In this document: positions 10,779-21,468 of the stretch, one piece after another
How positions within the stretch are numbered: position 1 is the first letter of the stretch
Layout: every line of letters begins with the position of its first letter
Source: Flavobacterium sp.
GTDB lineage: Bacteria > Bacteroidota > Bacteroidia > Flavobacteriales > Flavobacteriaceae
Assembly (NCBI RefSeq): GCF_043779715.1
Contig: NZ_JAYWDT010000240.1
Span: 1,621-65,620 of the forward strand
Reading direction: 5' to 3'
Length of the DNA stretch: 64,000 nt
Translations under genes and position numbers: made by a program
Notes under the pieces: generated by a model
Told to the model about the DNA's origin: nothing
The model's input: the letters and a program-made list of their open reading frames with translations, nothing else
Databases searched by the model: none

Positions 10779-11135
10779 TTAAATTTTACAACAACCATCT
10801 AAAGAAGCTATTCCTTCGCTTGTTGCTTTTACTTCATCGGCATCGTATCCTAATTTTGAAATACCTTCTTTAATAGTCTGCAAGGTTGTTTTCTTTGCGT
10901 TGTAATAAACGGTAAACGTCATTTTCTTATCGTCTAGTTCATACATTTTTACTCCTTTAATTTTGAGCATTTCGGTTTTAAATTTTAAACCACAAGTTTC
11001 ACACTCTTTACAATGGTCACAGTGTAAAGTTGTTTTGATAACAGATTTTTGGTTAGATTTTTGAGCCGAAACACTATTACTTGCAAAAAATAATACGGCT
11101 AGAAAAAAGATTGATTTTACTATTGAATTTTTCAT
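10779..11135 (-). CDS. Periplasmic HMA-domain protein
   Basis: Signal peptide; HCDHCKECETC; C-terminal LDGCCK. Confidence 0.8.
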   Translation of the reverse strand: MKNSIVKSIFFLAVLFFASNSVSAQKSNQKSVIKTTLHCDHCKECETCGLKFKTEMLKIKGVKMYELDDKKMTFTVYYNAKKTTLQTIKEGISKLGYDADEVKATSEGIASLDGCCKI

Positions 11136-11168
11136 TTGATTTAATTTTACTAGTTTAAAAAGGTTTAG

Positions 11169-11498
11169 TTAATGACTATGTGCATCTTCACCATGTGAAT
11201 GACCGTGTTCCTTTTCTTCTGGAGTTAATTCTTTAGTTTCAGAATAGTCGTGTCCATCACTTTCAGCGTGTTTTTGCTCTACTAAATCCATTTTGCAAAC
11301 TGGGCATTTTCCTGCCTTATCATAGATTTTTCCTTTTTCACAATCCATCGAGCATACGTAAGCTAATTGTTTTGTATCATCTGCATTGTGATTGTGTCCT
11401 TCGTGTTCTGTTGTTGTTTCCGTCTTCGCTTTTTTATCACACGAAACTACTGTTACTGTTGCGATGGCAAATGCCATCATTAGAATTACTTTTTTCAT
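11169..11498 (-). CDS. His-rich HMBD lipoprotein
   Basis: Lipobox VVSC; YVCSMDC..GKCPVCKMDL; His-rich tails. Confidence 0.8.
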   Translation of the reverse strand: MKKVILMMAFAIATVTVVSCDKKAKTETTTEHEGHNHNADDTKQLAYVCSMDCEKGKIYDKAGKCPVCKMDLVEQKHAESDGHDYSETKELTPEEKEHGHSHGEDAHSH

Positions 11499-11501
11499 TG
11501 A

Positions 11502-12131
11502 TTATTTATTTATTAATTGATATTCACCTGTTAAATTTAATGTTACCTGTATGTCGGTACTGTATTTGTTTTTAAAATACCAACCGTGTTTTCCTTCATA
11601 CGGTGCAATAAAGGAACCTGCCATGTTATTGGAATTTGCCACCGTATAACTTTCGAAATAGCCCGATTTTGTGTCGGCAGTTTTTACATCTCCGTGCATA
11701 TCTACAAATAGAATTCCCTTATTTGTTTTCCATGCATATTTTACCTGACCGTATTTTAAAACAGCAATTTTATACTCTAAACCTTTTCCTGCCGGGATAG
11801 TAATGGTAATACTGTCTTTTCTTGCTACATACTGTTTTGATGGAGCTGAATTTTTGCCTTCTATTGGCATTGGAACTTCTGGAGCTGAACCTACGTTGTT
11901 AAGCGTTAATTCTTTAAAACTAGGCGTTACAATCTCGGTTTCTTTTGATTTATCTTCGCTCTGGTGTAGTTTTGAAAATCCCAGAACTTTACCCAAACCA
12001 GTGTAATCTTTGCCGTATTCTGCGGGCAAAACCGCAACAATTGCCAATATTGAAGCAGTTAGTAAGGCAATTACAGTCGCCTTTATAATTTGTGAAGACG
12101 TAAGATTGGGTTGTGAATTATTAGTTGTCAT
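11502..12131 (-). CDS. Membrane-anchored hypothetical protein (typical HupE/UreJ partner)
   Basis: Single N-terminal TM, LPAEYGKDYTGLG, conserved-looking HGD and HGWYF; overlaps the HupE/UreJ gene end. Confidence 0.65.
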   Translation of the reverse strand: MTTNNSQPNLTSSQIIKATVIALLTASILAIVAVLPAEYGKDYTGLGKVLGFSKLHQSEDKSKETEIVTPSFKELTLNNVGSAPEVPMPIEGKNSAPSKQYVARKDSITITIPAGKGLEYKIAVLKYGQVKYAWKTNKGILFVDMHGDVKTADTKSGYFESYTVANSNNMAGSFIAPYEGKHGWYFKNKYSTDIQVTLNLTGEYQLINK

Positions 12132-12141
12132 TTTTTTTATG

Positions 12142-12828
12142 TTAAGAATTAAAATAGCCACTAAGTTGAAAAATTATAAGTACAAAACCAGCTGTCATAA
12201 GAAGTGTATTTGTAATGACTGAAAAGCGTGTAAACGAATTGTATTTTCGCCAAACACTTATCAAAATTAAAACAAATAGCAATGCTACAAACTGACCGAT
12301 TTCGACACCAATATTAAACCCAATAAGATTGCCGAAAAGACTTTCTTTCCCAAAATTAAATTCCTGCAATTTGGTGGCTAAACCCAGACCGTGAAATAGT
12401 CCGAAAACCAAAACTGCTATTTTAGTATTGGGTTGAAAGTGAAACACTTTTTGAAAACCACCTAAATTGTCAAACCCTTTATAAACAATGGATAGTGCAA
12501 TAATGGCATCTATTAAATAGGCATTTACCTGTAAGTTCAACAATACGCCCAAGAGCAACGTTATACTGTGTCCGATTGTAAAAAAACTCACATACAAAAG
12601 CACTTCTTTGGGTTTATAGAGAAAGAAAATAACTCCAACTAAAAATAACAAATGATCATAACCTGTAATCATGTGTTTAGCTCCAATGTATAAAAAAGGC
12701 ATGAAAGCCGCACCTTTATTGTCTACTAAAAAAGCTTTGGTGTCGCCATCAACTCCATGAGCAAAAGCATTGCCACAGAGGAATAGAGCAATAAATAGCA
12801 GTGAAAAAATTAAAATTTTACTTTTCAT
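12142..12828 (-). CDS. HupE/UreJ-family metal transporter
   Basis: AFAHG, HMITGYDHLLF, FTIGHSITL, FHGLG. Confidence 0.88.
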   Translation of the reverse strand: MKSKILIFSLLFIALFLCGNAFAHGVDGDTKAFLVDNKGAAFMPFLYIGAKHMITGYDHLLFLVGVIFFLYKPKEVLLYVSFFTIGHSITLLLGVLLNLQVNAYLIDAIIALSIVYKGFDNLGGFQKVFHFQPNTKIAVLVFGLFHGLGLATKLQEFNFGKESLFGNLIGFNIGVEIGQFVALLFVLILISVWRKYNSFTRFSVITNTLLMTAGFVLIIFQLSGYFNS

Positions 12829-12920
12829 TTTGATTAAGTTTTCATGTTCTGGTTGAATTTTAAAGATGCGTTTTTGAATTAGGAATATGATAAAATATTA
12901 TGTTGAGTTTTAGTTGGTTA

Positions 12921-13376
12921 TTATTTATTTAAATTTTCATTTCTAATTTCCGTATGTCTGATTTCTCCTCCCGATGTCCCAGTCTTTTGAGCAAAGTATA
13001 AAACCACAATTGCAAAGACCATAACCGTAATTGAAATAGTATTTGAAAATGATTTTTGCTTAAAATTTGACCAAAGTCCTACTAGAGAAAGTCCACCGAG
13101 TAAATATGACATTAACGCAAATGTTTCTGCGGTTTCTTCATGATTTTTGATAAACTTTTCAGAAATATCATTAATCGTTTCTAGAAATACTTCGGCATCT
13201 TCGCCAGTTGACATAGCAATTATTGCAGATAAGGATCCTAAAATAAAAATCATAAATGCAGTTCGCTTGACTGCATCAGATTTAAAAATTAATCCTGTTA
13301 TCAAAACAATAATTCCAATCAAAGGAAAAATAATAGGTAAATGATTTACCACTAAATGAAAATGTGCATCGTTCAT
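12921..13376 (-). CDS. 4-TM membrane protein with conserved His residues (DUF2231-like)
   Basis: HFHLVVNHLPI..TGE..HEE..GG.IRHTEIR. Confidence 0.65.
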   Translation of the reverse strand: MNDAHFHLVVNHLPIIFPLIGIIVLITGLIFKSDAVKRTAFMIFILGSLSAIIAMSTGEDAEVFLETINDISEKFIKNHEETAETFALMSYLLGGLSLVGLWSNFKQKSFSNTISITVMVFAIVVLYFAQKTGTSGGEIRHTEIRNENLNK

Positions 13377-13405
13377 AATTCTTAATTTTAAATTTTAAAT
13401 TTTAA

Positions 13406-14107
13406 TTATATTTTCACTCCAAAGATATAGCCTACTAAAGCAGATAGTAACATTGCTATTGTTCCCCAAACAGTAATACGCAAAATTGCTTTTTTTATAC
13501 TTGAACCACCTGTTTTTGCTGCAACAATTCCTAAAGTAATTAGCGAAATTATAGTGAAGTTATACAGCCAATATTCAATTCCGATAACAGGTGCAAAAAG
13601 TATTACTATAAGTGGCAATAGACCTCCTGCCGTAAATGCTGTTCCTGATGCTATTGCAGCTTGGATAGGATTTGCTTGATTAATCTCGTTTATACCCAAT
13701 TCGTCCCTAATATGTGCCGCTAATGCATCTTTCTCAGACAGTTCTATTGCTACTTTCATTGCAGTTTCTTTCTTTAAACCTCTTCTCTCATAAATTTGTG
13801 CCAAAATATTTAATTCATTTTCTGGCATTTCTTTGAGTTCTTGTATCTCTCTTTTAATGTCTGCTTTTTCTGTGTCGGTTTGTGAACTTACTGATACATA
13901 TTCTCCTGCCGCCATAGATAATGCTCCTGCAACCAATCCTGCAACAGTTGCCAAAACAATTGGTTCTCTGGTTGTACTAGCAGCAGCTATACCGATAGCA
14001 AGACTCGAAACTGAAATTATTCCATCGTTTGCACCCAAAACCGCAGCTCTTAACCAATTACTGCGGTGTATGTAATGATTATCTAAATAATTATCGATTG
14101 TTATCAT
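13406..14107 (-). CDS. VIT1/CCC1-family Fe/Mn transporter
   Basis: SNWLRAAVLGANDGIIS; SMAAGEYVSVSSQ. Confidence 0.93.
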   Translation of the reverse strand: MITIDNYLDNHYIHRSNWLRAAVLGANDGIISVSSLAIGIAAASTTREPIVLATVAGLVAGALSMAAGEYVSVSSQTDTEKADIKREIQELKEMPENELNILAQIYERRGLKKETAMKVAIELSEKDALAAHIRDELGINEINQANPIQAAIASGTAFTAGGLLPLIVILFAPVIGIEYWLYNFTIISLITLGIVAAKTGGSSIKKAILRITVWGTIAMLLSALVGYIFGVKI

Positions 14108-14155
14108 TTTTTTAATTTTAAAGATTTCTTTAGTGCTAATTATTATTTAAATTAA

Positions 14156-15328
14156 TTACTCTTCAGTATTCTTTATTTTCATCAAAAGTGCGTAAGCCCC
14201 TTTAATAACGATGCTTGTTTCATTCATATTGTTTGAAAGAATTTCTGTAAATTCATTTTCAGAATTTCCCACGGTGACTTCTGTCATTTCAAATTGTTTG
14301 TCTGCTTTTGCAATAAATACATAATCTTTGTTTTCATAACTTACTATTGCGTCTGATGGCAATACATTTGATTTTTGGCTTTTTACTTCAATTTCGGAAT
14401 TCATATACATTCCTGGCAAAAGTGCTTTGTCATAGTTGTTAAAATGACAGTGTATTACCGTACTTCTGTCTTCTGAAAAATCTTTACCAATCAAAATGAT
14501 TTTACAAGGATATTTTTTTTCAGGATTGGTATTGGTATAAGCCAAAAGCGATTGACCAATTGCTAATTTATTAATATCTTTTTCAAAAACGGTCAATGCT
14601 AAGTGAATGTCGGAAGGATTTACGATTTCAAATAAAATATCACTCGGATTTACATATTTTCCGGTGTTTACATTGACTTTAGTTATATAACCACTAATAG
14701 GCGAATATACATTGATACTTTTTGAAATGCTTTTTGCCGATACATTATTGGGATTTATTCCTGCGAATTTGAGTTTCTCGCCATACGATTGCACCATTAC
14801 TGAAAGTGAATTGTATTCGGCTTGAGCTTGTTGATACACTTTGTCGCTGCTAGCTTTACTTTGGTTGAGTTCTTTTTGGCGTTCAAATTCGGCTTTGGCG
14901 TATCCTATTTTTGCTTTGGCCAAAAGGTAATCTTCTTGTAATTGAATGTATTGTTGGTCTTCTACAATGCACAAAACTTGTCCTTTTGTTACAAACATTC
15001 CCTCTAACAATTTAGTGCTTTTTAAATATCCACCCATTGGAACACTTATAGAAACTAAATTTTGTGGTGGTACATCTATTTTCCCGTTTAATTTTAAGGT
15101 TGCCGAAATTTCTTTTTGCTCTATCTTTCCTGTTTCAATCCCTGCATTTTTTATTTGTGCATCGGTAAGCGTTGTTCTATTTTCGATAGTTGGTGTTTCG
15201 GTAGCTTGTTCCTCGGATTTTTTGTTTCCGCAAGAGGTAAGTAATAAAACGGCTGTAATTGTGAATACTATATTTTTACTCACAGCTTTAATATTTGGGT
15301 TTTGGTGTTCGTGAATCTTCGATTTCAT
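14156..15328 (-). CDS. RND efflux periplasmic adaptor (CzcB/CusB-like)
   Basis: Lipobox LTSC; lipoyl/hairpin/beta-barrel MFP pattern; LLPGMYM. Confidence 0.9.
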   Translation of the reverse strand: MKSKIHEHQNPNIKAVSKNIVFTITAVLLLTSCGNKKSEEQATETPTIENRTTLTDAQIKNAGIETGKIEQKEISATLKLNGKIDVPPQNLVSISVPMGGYLKSTKLLEGMFVTKGQVLCIVEDQQYIQLQEDYLLAKAKIGYAKAEFERQKELNQSKASSDKVYQQAQAEYNSLSVMVQSYGEKLKFAGINPNNVSAKSISKSINVYSPISGYITKVNVNTGKYVNPSDILFEIVNPSDIHLALTVFEKDINKLAIGQSLLAYTNTNPEKKYPCKIILIGKDFSEDRSTVIHCHFNNYDKALLPGMYMNSEIEVKSQKSNVLPSDAIVSYENKDYVFIAKADKQFEMTEVTVGNSENEFTEILSNNMNETSIVIKGAYALLMKIKNTEE

Positions 15329-15337
15329 ATTATTTGT

Positions 15338-16576
15338 TTATTTATTTTGAAAATTAAATGATGGTTTGAAAATGATGATGGCAATAATTCCTAATATTAT
15401 TGTAAGAATACCACCATATAAAAATTCTGATTTTGGAAATTGTGAACCTAAATATCCTGCAATTGGATAAGCTATCGCCCACCACAAATGCGAAAAAGCG
15501 AAGTGTGAACCATAAACTTTTCCTTGATTTTCAGATGCAATTGTTTCGGCTATTAATGTTTCTGAGGGCATTTCGGCAAGACTCTGACCTAATCCTGCAA
15601 ACAGCCACAAAACTAATAATACAGGATAACCAACATAGTTAACCATACAAATTGAAATACCTAATAAAAAAGCACCACTTATTAATGAAGTACTTCTAGT
15701 TTTTGATCTGTCTAAACTTCCTAAAAGGAAAGCCGCTATTGCTGCTCCAATACCGAAAATCGCCATTGCCCAGCCGTAATATTTATCATCAAGCAATAAA
15801 CTATTTTTGATATGGCTAATGGTATTAACCAATATCATCGCACCTGCAATTGCAGAAACAAATTCGATTGCCAAAGCAAAACGTAAAGTGTTGTTTCCAA
15901 ATAGTAATCGAATACCTTTTATAACATCGCTCCAAGTACTTTGAGATTGTTTGGCTTCATCAGTTACACCTTTTTGAAGTTCTTTACTTGGAATAGACAG
16001 AATTAAAATTCCTGCCAAAACAAACGATATTCCATCTAAAAAAAATATTTCTCTTGCACCCAACCAAACTGCAATTATTCCTGCTAATGCTGGACCTAGA
16101 ACTCCTAATAATTGAAATGTTGCCGTTGATAATCCAATGGCTTCACGATAATATTTTCCTTCAACAACCTGTGGAATTATAGCACGATAGGTTGGCGTGA
16201 AAAACGCATTGAATACATTTAAGAAAAATACCAATACATAAATTTGCCATTCTGATGTGATAAATGGAAGACAGCAAATAATACCCATTCGGATAAAATG
16301 AGTAACATATAGAATTTTTTTTCGTTCTACTTTGTCGGCTAATATACCAGCAAATGGTGAAAAAACTATGAATGCTGTAACTCGCAACGTTAATGCCGTT
16401 GCAAGAATTACAGGCGAATTTTCTTTGTCAATTTGATAGGCTAATAATGCTAGACCAACCCACGAAAACGCATCGCCCAAAAGACTGATGGTTTGTGCTA
16501 AATAAAGTTTTGCAAAGGTTTTATTTTGCAAAGCTTTGAATGGTTCTATGAATATTTGATAAATTTTTGAATTCAT
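15338..16576 (-). CDS. MFS transporter (NreB/H+-antiporter-like)
   Basis: About 12 TM; GILADKVERKK MFS motif A; HFAFSHLWW. Confidence 0.85.
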   Translation of the reverse strand: MNSKIYQIFIEPFKALQNKTFAKLYLAQTISLLGDAFSWVGLALLAYQIDKENSPVILATALTLRVTAFIVFSPFAGILADKVERKKILYVTHFIRMGIICCLPFITSEWQIYVLVFFLNVFNAFFTPTYRAIIPQVVEGKYYREAIGLSTATFQLLGVLGPALAGIIAVWLGAREIFFLDGISFVLAGILILSIPSKELQKGVTDEAKQSQSTWSDVIKGIRLLFGNNTLRFALAIEFVSAIAGAMILVNTISHIKNSLLLDDKYYGWAMAIFGIGAAIAAFLLGSLDRSKTRSTSLISGAFLLGISICMVNYVGYPVLLVLWLFAGLGQSLAEMPSETLIAETIASENQGKVYGSHFAFSHLWWAIAYPIAGYLGSQFPKSEFLYGGILTIILGIIAIIIFKPSFNFQNK

Positions 16577-16586
16577 TTCACTACAA

Positions 16587-19500
16587 TTATTTGGTTAATG
16601 AGTTAAGTTCAATTATGCTAATGTTTAACTTTCTAACCGCTTCAATATAATTGCTTTGAATTTCGGTGTTCTGATTGATAAGGATTACCCATTCTAAATA
16701 ATTGATGTCTCCACCAATAAATTTTTTATTAGCAGTATTAGTTACTAAATCAACATTTTTTAACGCTTTAAATTCATAATATTCAGTTGCCGTTTTATTC
16801 TTTTGATACTCTTGCAACAAATTTTGATATTGGTTTTGTAGTTTCAATTTTTCAAAATTCAAACTGTTTTCAGCGATTTGGGTTTTGGTTTTCAACGCTT
16901 TATTTCTGTTGCTGAACGATGAATTGAATAGCGGTAATGCCACTCCAAACTGACCGTAAACTCCATTATATCCATTTTGACTAGTACTATTAGTTTTAAA
17001 AGTTTGCCAATAAACACCACCAATAAATTCAGGTAATCTTTTAGATTTTTCAAGTGAAATTTCTGCATTATTGGTAGTTACATCTTGCTCAAATAATTTA
17101 ATACTTGGATGATTTGTTGTTGCATTTTCTATCTTCTCGTCATCAAAGTCTATCTTAATTTTTTCTGAATAAGGAACAAAATCTTTGTCGGTATTGAGTA
17201 ACATTTTAAACTGAGACAGGACTACTTTATAATCGCTTTGCACTTCCTGTAATTGGATTTTTATTTGTCCCGATTGATTTTCAGCAGTAGCTTTTTCTAA
17301 AACATTGCTTTCGCCTTTGTCAAAACGCAGTGTTGATTTTCTTAAAAATTCATAGTAAATACTATCACTTTTAAGCAATAATTTTTCCTTTTCTTTTAGA
17401 TAAATAAGTTCATAAAACACTGTTGTAACTTGCTTGGACAATTCTTTTCTTTGTAAAGCCTCGTTCCATTCGCCTGTTTTGGCTTGTTCTACTAAAAATT
17501 GTTTTTGTCTTTTGTAAACTGTTGGAAATTTTATGCTTTGCGAGATACCAATTTTTAGATCATTTATATTACTGTTAAATTGCCCATATTCGGAAATTAT
17601 TCCTGTATTTGGAATGTCATAACCCGTTTTAGTCATTTGTTGTAAGTAAGTCGAATTGAGTTTTTGGTTCTTAACATTCAAATTGTTTTGTAATGCCGTT
17701 TCAAGTGCTTTGTCTAAATTAATTTTTTCTTGCGCATTGGCGTTTTGAAACGAGAATAACAATCCCAATACAATAATGGTTATTATTGAATTTTGCTTTC
17801 TTGGTTTTAATTTAATTCCTTTTTCGAACATTATGTATAGGATTGGTAAAACAAATAAGGTTAAGAATGTAGCGATAATTAATCCACCGATTACAACTGT
17901 AGCTAATGGTTTTTGTACTTCTGCACCTGAACCGTTGCTTAATGCCATAGGTAAAAAACCTAATGAAGCTACAAGTGCTGTCATTAATACCGGACGTAGC
18001 CGTATCTTTGTGCCTTGAAGAACAATTGCTTTTAAATCGGTTTCGCCAGATTTCTTTATGCGGTTGAATTCGGCTATTAATACCAAACCATTTAAAACTG
18101 CTACACCAAACAAGGCTATAAATCCAACTCCAGCACTAATGCTGAAAGGCATTCCACGCATTGCTAAAAAGAAAATTCCGCCAATCATAGATAAAGGAAT
18201 AGCAGAATAAATTAATAATCCTTGTTTTATCGATTTGAAAGCAAAATACAATAAGACCAGAATTAGTAGCAACGATATTGGAACTGCAATTAGCAATCTG
18301 TTTTTTGCTTGTTCTAAATTCTCAAAGGCTCCTCCATAAGTTGGATAGTAACCTGCTGGAAATTTGATTTTTGCACTTACTTTATCTTGCAATTCTTTCA
18401 CAATACTTTGCACATCGCGCCCTCGAACATTGAACCCAACTACTATCCTGCGTTTGGCATCTTCACGTTGTATTTGATTTGGACCTTCAGTAATTTCTAC
18501 TTTTGCCAATTGTGCTAACGGAATTTGAGAACCATTTGGTGTTGGGATTAACAGATTTTGAACATCTGTAACATCTTTTCTTTTTTCTCCTGCTAAACGA
18601 ACAACCAGATCAAATCGTTTTTCGTCTTCATATATTAATCCTGTGCTTTGTCCCGCAAATGCCGTATTAACTATTCGGTTGATGTCTTCGATATTCAAGT
18701 TGTATTGAGCAATCATTGGACGGTTATAATTTATTACAATTTGAGGCATTCCTGTAACACTTTCTACATAAATATCGGAAGTTCCTTTTACAGTGCTTAC
18801 AATTTTTCCTAATTTGTTGGCATATAATGCTAATGTGTCGAGATTTTCGCCAAATATTTTACAAACTACATCCTGCCTAGCACCTGTCATTAACTCGTTG
18901 AAACGCATTTGAACAGGATATTGAAAACCATAAGAAACACCCGGAACGGCTTCGAGTTCTTTTGCCATTTTTTCAGATAATTCATCAAATGTTGATGCAG
19001 ATGTCCATTCGGATTTATCTTTTAGAATAACCATCATATCACTAGCATCAATTGGCATTGGGTCCGTTGGAACTTCGGAACTTCCTGTTTTTCCTACTAC
19101 TTTTTCAACTTCTGGAAATTTGGTTAATAATATTTTTGCCCCTTGAGAAATGGCAGTCATAGATGTTTCTAAATTACTTCCTGGTAAAACTCGGGTTTCA
19201 ACTGCAAAATCGCCTTCTTCTAAAGAGGGCATAAATTCGCCACCCATAAACGAGAGTGTCACAATTGCTAAAACAAATAATGCTAATGTAGTTCCGATGA
19301 TAATTCTAGGAATTGCTAATGCTTTTTCTAAAATTGGCTGATAGAAATTTTCTAATCTCGTCATCATTCTATCTGAAAAATTTTGCTTGTGCGTTATTGA
19401 TTTATTCAAGAATAAAGCGGTCATCATAGGAACATAAGTCAAAGACAAAACAAAAGCGCCAAACAAAGCAAAAGCTATCGTTTGTGCCATTGGTAAAAAC

Positions 19501-20915
19501 ATTTTTCCTTCAATGCCACGTAATGTGAAAATTGGAATGTAAACAATAAGAATAATTAACTCGCCAAAAACGGCAACATTTCGCATTCTTACCGAAGTTT
19601 CCAAAACGGTTTTATCCATTTCGTTTTGCGAAATTTCACCTTGCTTTCGACTGTGTAAACTAAACAAACACGCTTCGACAATAATAACAGCACCATCAAC
19701 TATAAGCCCAAAATCTAATGCACCTAAGCTCATTAAATTTCCGCTTACGCCAAATACATTCATTAGTATTACTGCAAACAACATCGCCAACGGAATAACT
19801 GAAGCTACAATTAAACCTGCTCGTACATTTCCTAAAAAGAAGATTAATACTAAAAGTACAATGATTGCTCCTTCAAGCAGGTTTTTTCCAACGGTAGAAA
19901 TAGAATTATTAACCATTTTAGTTCGGTCTAAAAATGGTTCAACAATAACTCCTTCGGGTAATGTTTTCTGAATTTGTGCAATTCTTTCTTTAATATTTTT
20001 AATAACTACATTACTATTTGCTCCTTTTAGCATCATCACAACTGCGCCCGAAACTTCTCCTTTTCCGTTGTAGGTCATTGCACCGTAACGAATTGCACTT
20101 CCTATACGAACATCAGCCACATCACGAATAAACAATGGACTTCCGTTAGTAGTATTTTTAATGGAAATGTCCTTTATGTTTTCGAGAGTACTGATTAATC
20201 CTTCACTTCGAATATATAAAACAGTTGGACCTTTTTCGATATATGCACCACCTGTATTTTGATTGTTTTTTTCTAAAGCTGTAAAAACATCAGCAACCGT
20301 AATATTGTGGGATTGCAATTTATTTGGGTCGATTGCGATTTCAAATTGTTTTAGTTTACCACCAAAACTGCTGACCTCGGCAACGCCTTCAACACCTAAT
20401 AATTGACGGCGTACGATCCAATCTTGAATTGTTCTCAGTTCAGTTATGTTATATTTTTTTTCGTAACCAATTTTTGCTCTGATAACATATTGATAAATTT
20501 CTCCCAATCCTGTGGTTACTGGTGCTAGAAAAGGCTGCCCGATACCTTTTGGAATTTGGTCTTTTACAGCACTTAGTCTTTCGGTTACTTGCTGTCTAGC
20601 CCAATAGACATCAGTTGCATCATCAAAAACAATAGTTACTACAGACAACCCAAAACGTGAGAAACTACGAATTTCTTTTAATCCCGGAATATTACTATTT
20701 GCTTGTTCAATAGGGAATGTTATTAATCGCTCAATATCGGTAGCACCCAATGATGGTGCAGAAGTAATAACTTGCACTTGATTATCAGTAATATCAGGAA
20801 CTGCATCGATTGGTAGTTTGGTAAATTCATAACTACCATAACCAATAAGTGCAATTACAAATAATCCAATAATGAGTTTGTTTTTTATTGAAAATTCTAT
20901 GATTTTATTTAGCAT
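16587..20915 (-). CDS. CusA/CzcA heavy-metal RND pump with C-terminal TolC-like domain
   Basis: DAVPDITDNQVQV, ALDFGLIVDGAVIIVE, RLRPVLMTALVASLGFLPM; ~400-aa helical outer-membrane-factor-like extension after the pump. Confidence 0.93.
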   Translation of the reverse strand: MLNKIIEFSIKNKLIIGLFVIALIGYGSYEFTKLPIDAVPDITDNQVQVITSAPSLGATDIERLITFPIEQANSNIPGLKEIRSFSRFGLSVVTIVFDDATDVYWARQQVTERLSAVKDQIPKGIGQPFLAPVTTGLGEIYQYVIRAKIGYEKKYNITELRTIQDWIVRRQLLGVEGVAEVSSFGGKLKQFEIAIDPNKLQSHNITVADVFTALEKNNQNTGGAYIEKGPTVLYIRSEGLISTLENIKDISIKNTTNGSPLFIRDVADVRIGSAIRYGAMTYNGKGEVSGAVVMMLKGANSNVVIKNIKERIAQIQKTLPEGVIVEPFLDRTKMVNNSISTVGKNLLEGAIIVLLVLIFFLGNVRAGLIVASVIPLAMLFAVILMNVFGVSGNLMSLGALDFGLIVDGAVIIVEACLFSLHSRKQGEISQNEMDKTVLETSVRMRNVAVFGELIILIVYIPIFTLRGIEGKMFLPMAQTIAFALFGAFVLSLTYVPMMTALFLNKSITHKQNFSDRMMTRLENFYQPILEKALAIPRIIIGTTLALFVLAIVTLSFMGGEFMPSLEEGDFAVETRVLPGSNLETSMTAISQGAKILLTKFPEVEKVVGKTGSSEVPTDPMPIDASDMMVILKDKSEWTSASTFDELSEKMAKELEAVPGVSYGFQYPVQMRFNELMTGARQDVVCKIFGENLDTLALYANKLGKIVSTVKGTSDIYVESVTGMPQIVINYNRPMIAQYNLNIEDINRIVNTAFAGQSTGLIYEDEKRFDLVVRLAGEKRKDVTDVQNLLIPTPNGSQIPLAQLAKVEITEGPNQIQREDAKRRIVVGFNVRGRDVQSIVKELQDKVSAKIKFPAGYYPTYGGAFENLEQAKNRLLIAVPISLLLILVLLYFAFKSIKQGLLIYSAIPLSMIGGIFFLAMRGMPFSISAGVGFIALFGVAVLNGLVLIAEFNRIKKSGETDLKAIVLQGTKIRLRPVLMTALVASLGFLPMALSNGSGAEVQKPLATVVIGGLIIATFLTLFVLPILYIMFEKGIKLKPRKQNSIITIIVLGLLFSFQNANAQEKINLDKALETALQNNLNVKNQKLNSTYLQQMTKTGYDIPNTGIISEYGQFNSNINDLKIGISQSIKFPTVYKRQKQFLVEQAKTGEWNEALQRKELSKQVTTVFYELIYLKEKEKLLLKSDSIYYEFLRKSTLRFDKGESNVLEKATAENQSGQIKIQLQEVQSDYKVVLSQFKMLLNTDKDFVPYSEKIKIDFDDEKIENATTNHPSIKLFEQDVTTNNAEISLEKSKRLPEFIGGVYWQTFKTNSTSQNGYNGVYGQFGVALPLFNSSFSNRNKALKTKTQIAENSLNFEKLKLQNQYQNLLQEYQKNKTATEYYEFKALKNVDLVTNTANKKFIGGDINYLEWVILINQNTEIQSNYIEAVRKLNISIIELNSLTK

Positions 20916-21032
20916 AATTTTAAATTAATGAATTGATAAAAGTACCATTCACTAAAAAAATAGTAAATAGCATTTTAATACCTAATCAGAAATAGTTTTA
21001 ATATTTCTAACTAGTTATTTTAAAAAAAAACA

Positions 21033-21425
21033 TTAACTCAACTTGGGTGGAAGCCATATACAAGCAAAAACATCTGAAGTGTAGAATTGTTTGCTGAAAG
21101 GTGTAACAATGTTAATAGAAATACTAACAGGATTGTGAAATATAATTTCTGTTTGATTTTCGAAAGCAATTATATTGCTTGCCGAACCGCTTATCGTCTT
21201 GAATGGTAAGTTTTGATGTTCGTCGTGTTTGTCGGTATCTGTGTGCTTCTGATTGTCATTGTAATGACTTTTTACAAAATCTAAAAAAGAAATACTCTTT
21301 TCGTCTTTGTGGTCATGGTGTTCTATAAAATGTTCAATTAGGTTGGGTAATTTCAACAATTGACCTATTTCTGTGTTAGCACACAGGAATGTAAATAGAA
21401 ATAATATGGAGACTATTTTTTTCAA
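21033..21425 (-). CDS. His-rich small protein upstream of czcA (TTG start)
   Basis: EHFIEHHDH..HYND..HTDTDKHDEHQNLPFK..IWLPPKLS. Confidence 0.65.
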   Translation of the reverse strand: MKKIVSILFLFTFLCANTEIGQLLKLPNLIEHFIEHHDHKDEKSISFLDFVKSHYNDNQKHTDTDKHDEHQNLPFKTISGSASNIIAFENQTEIIFHNPVSISINIVTPFSKQFYTSDVFACIWLPPKLS

Positions 21426-21468
21426 GAGTGTAAATATAGCATATTTTAATTTATTGAATATAAAAACA

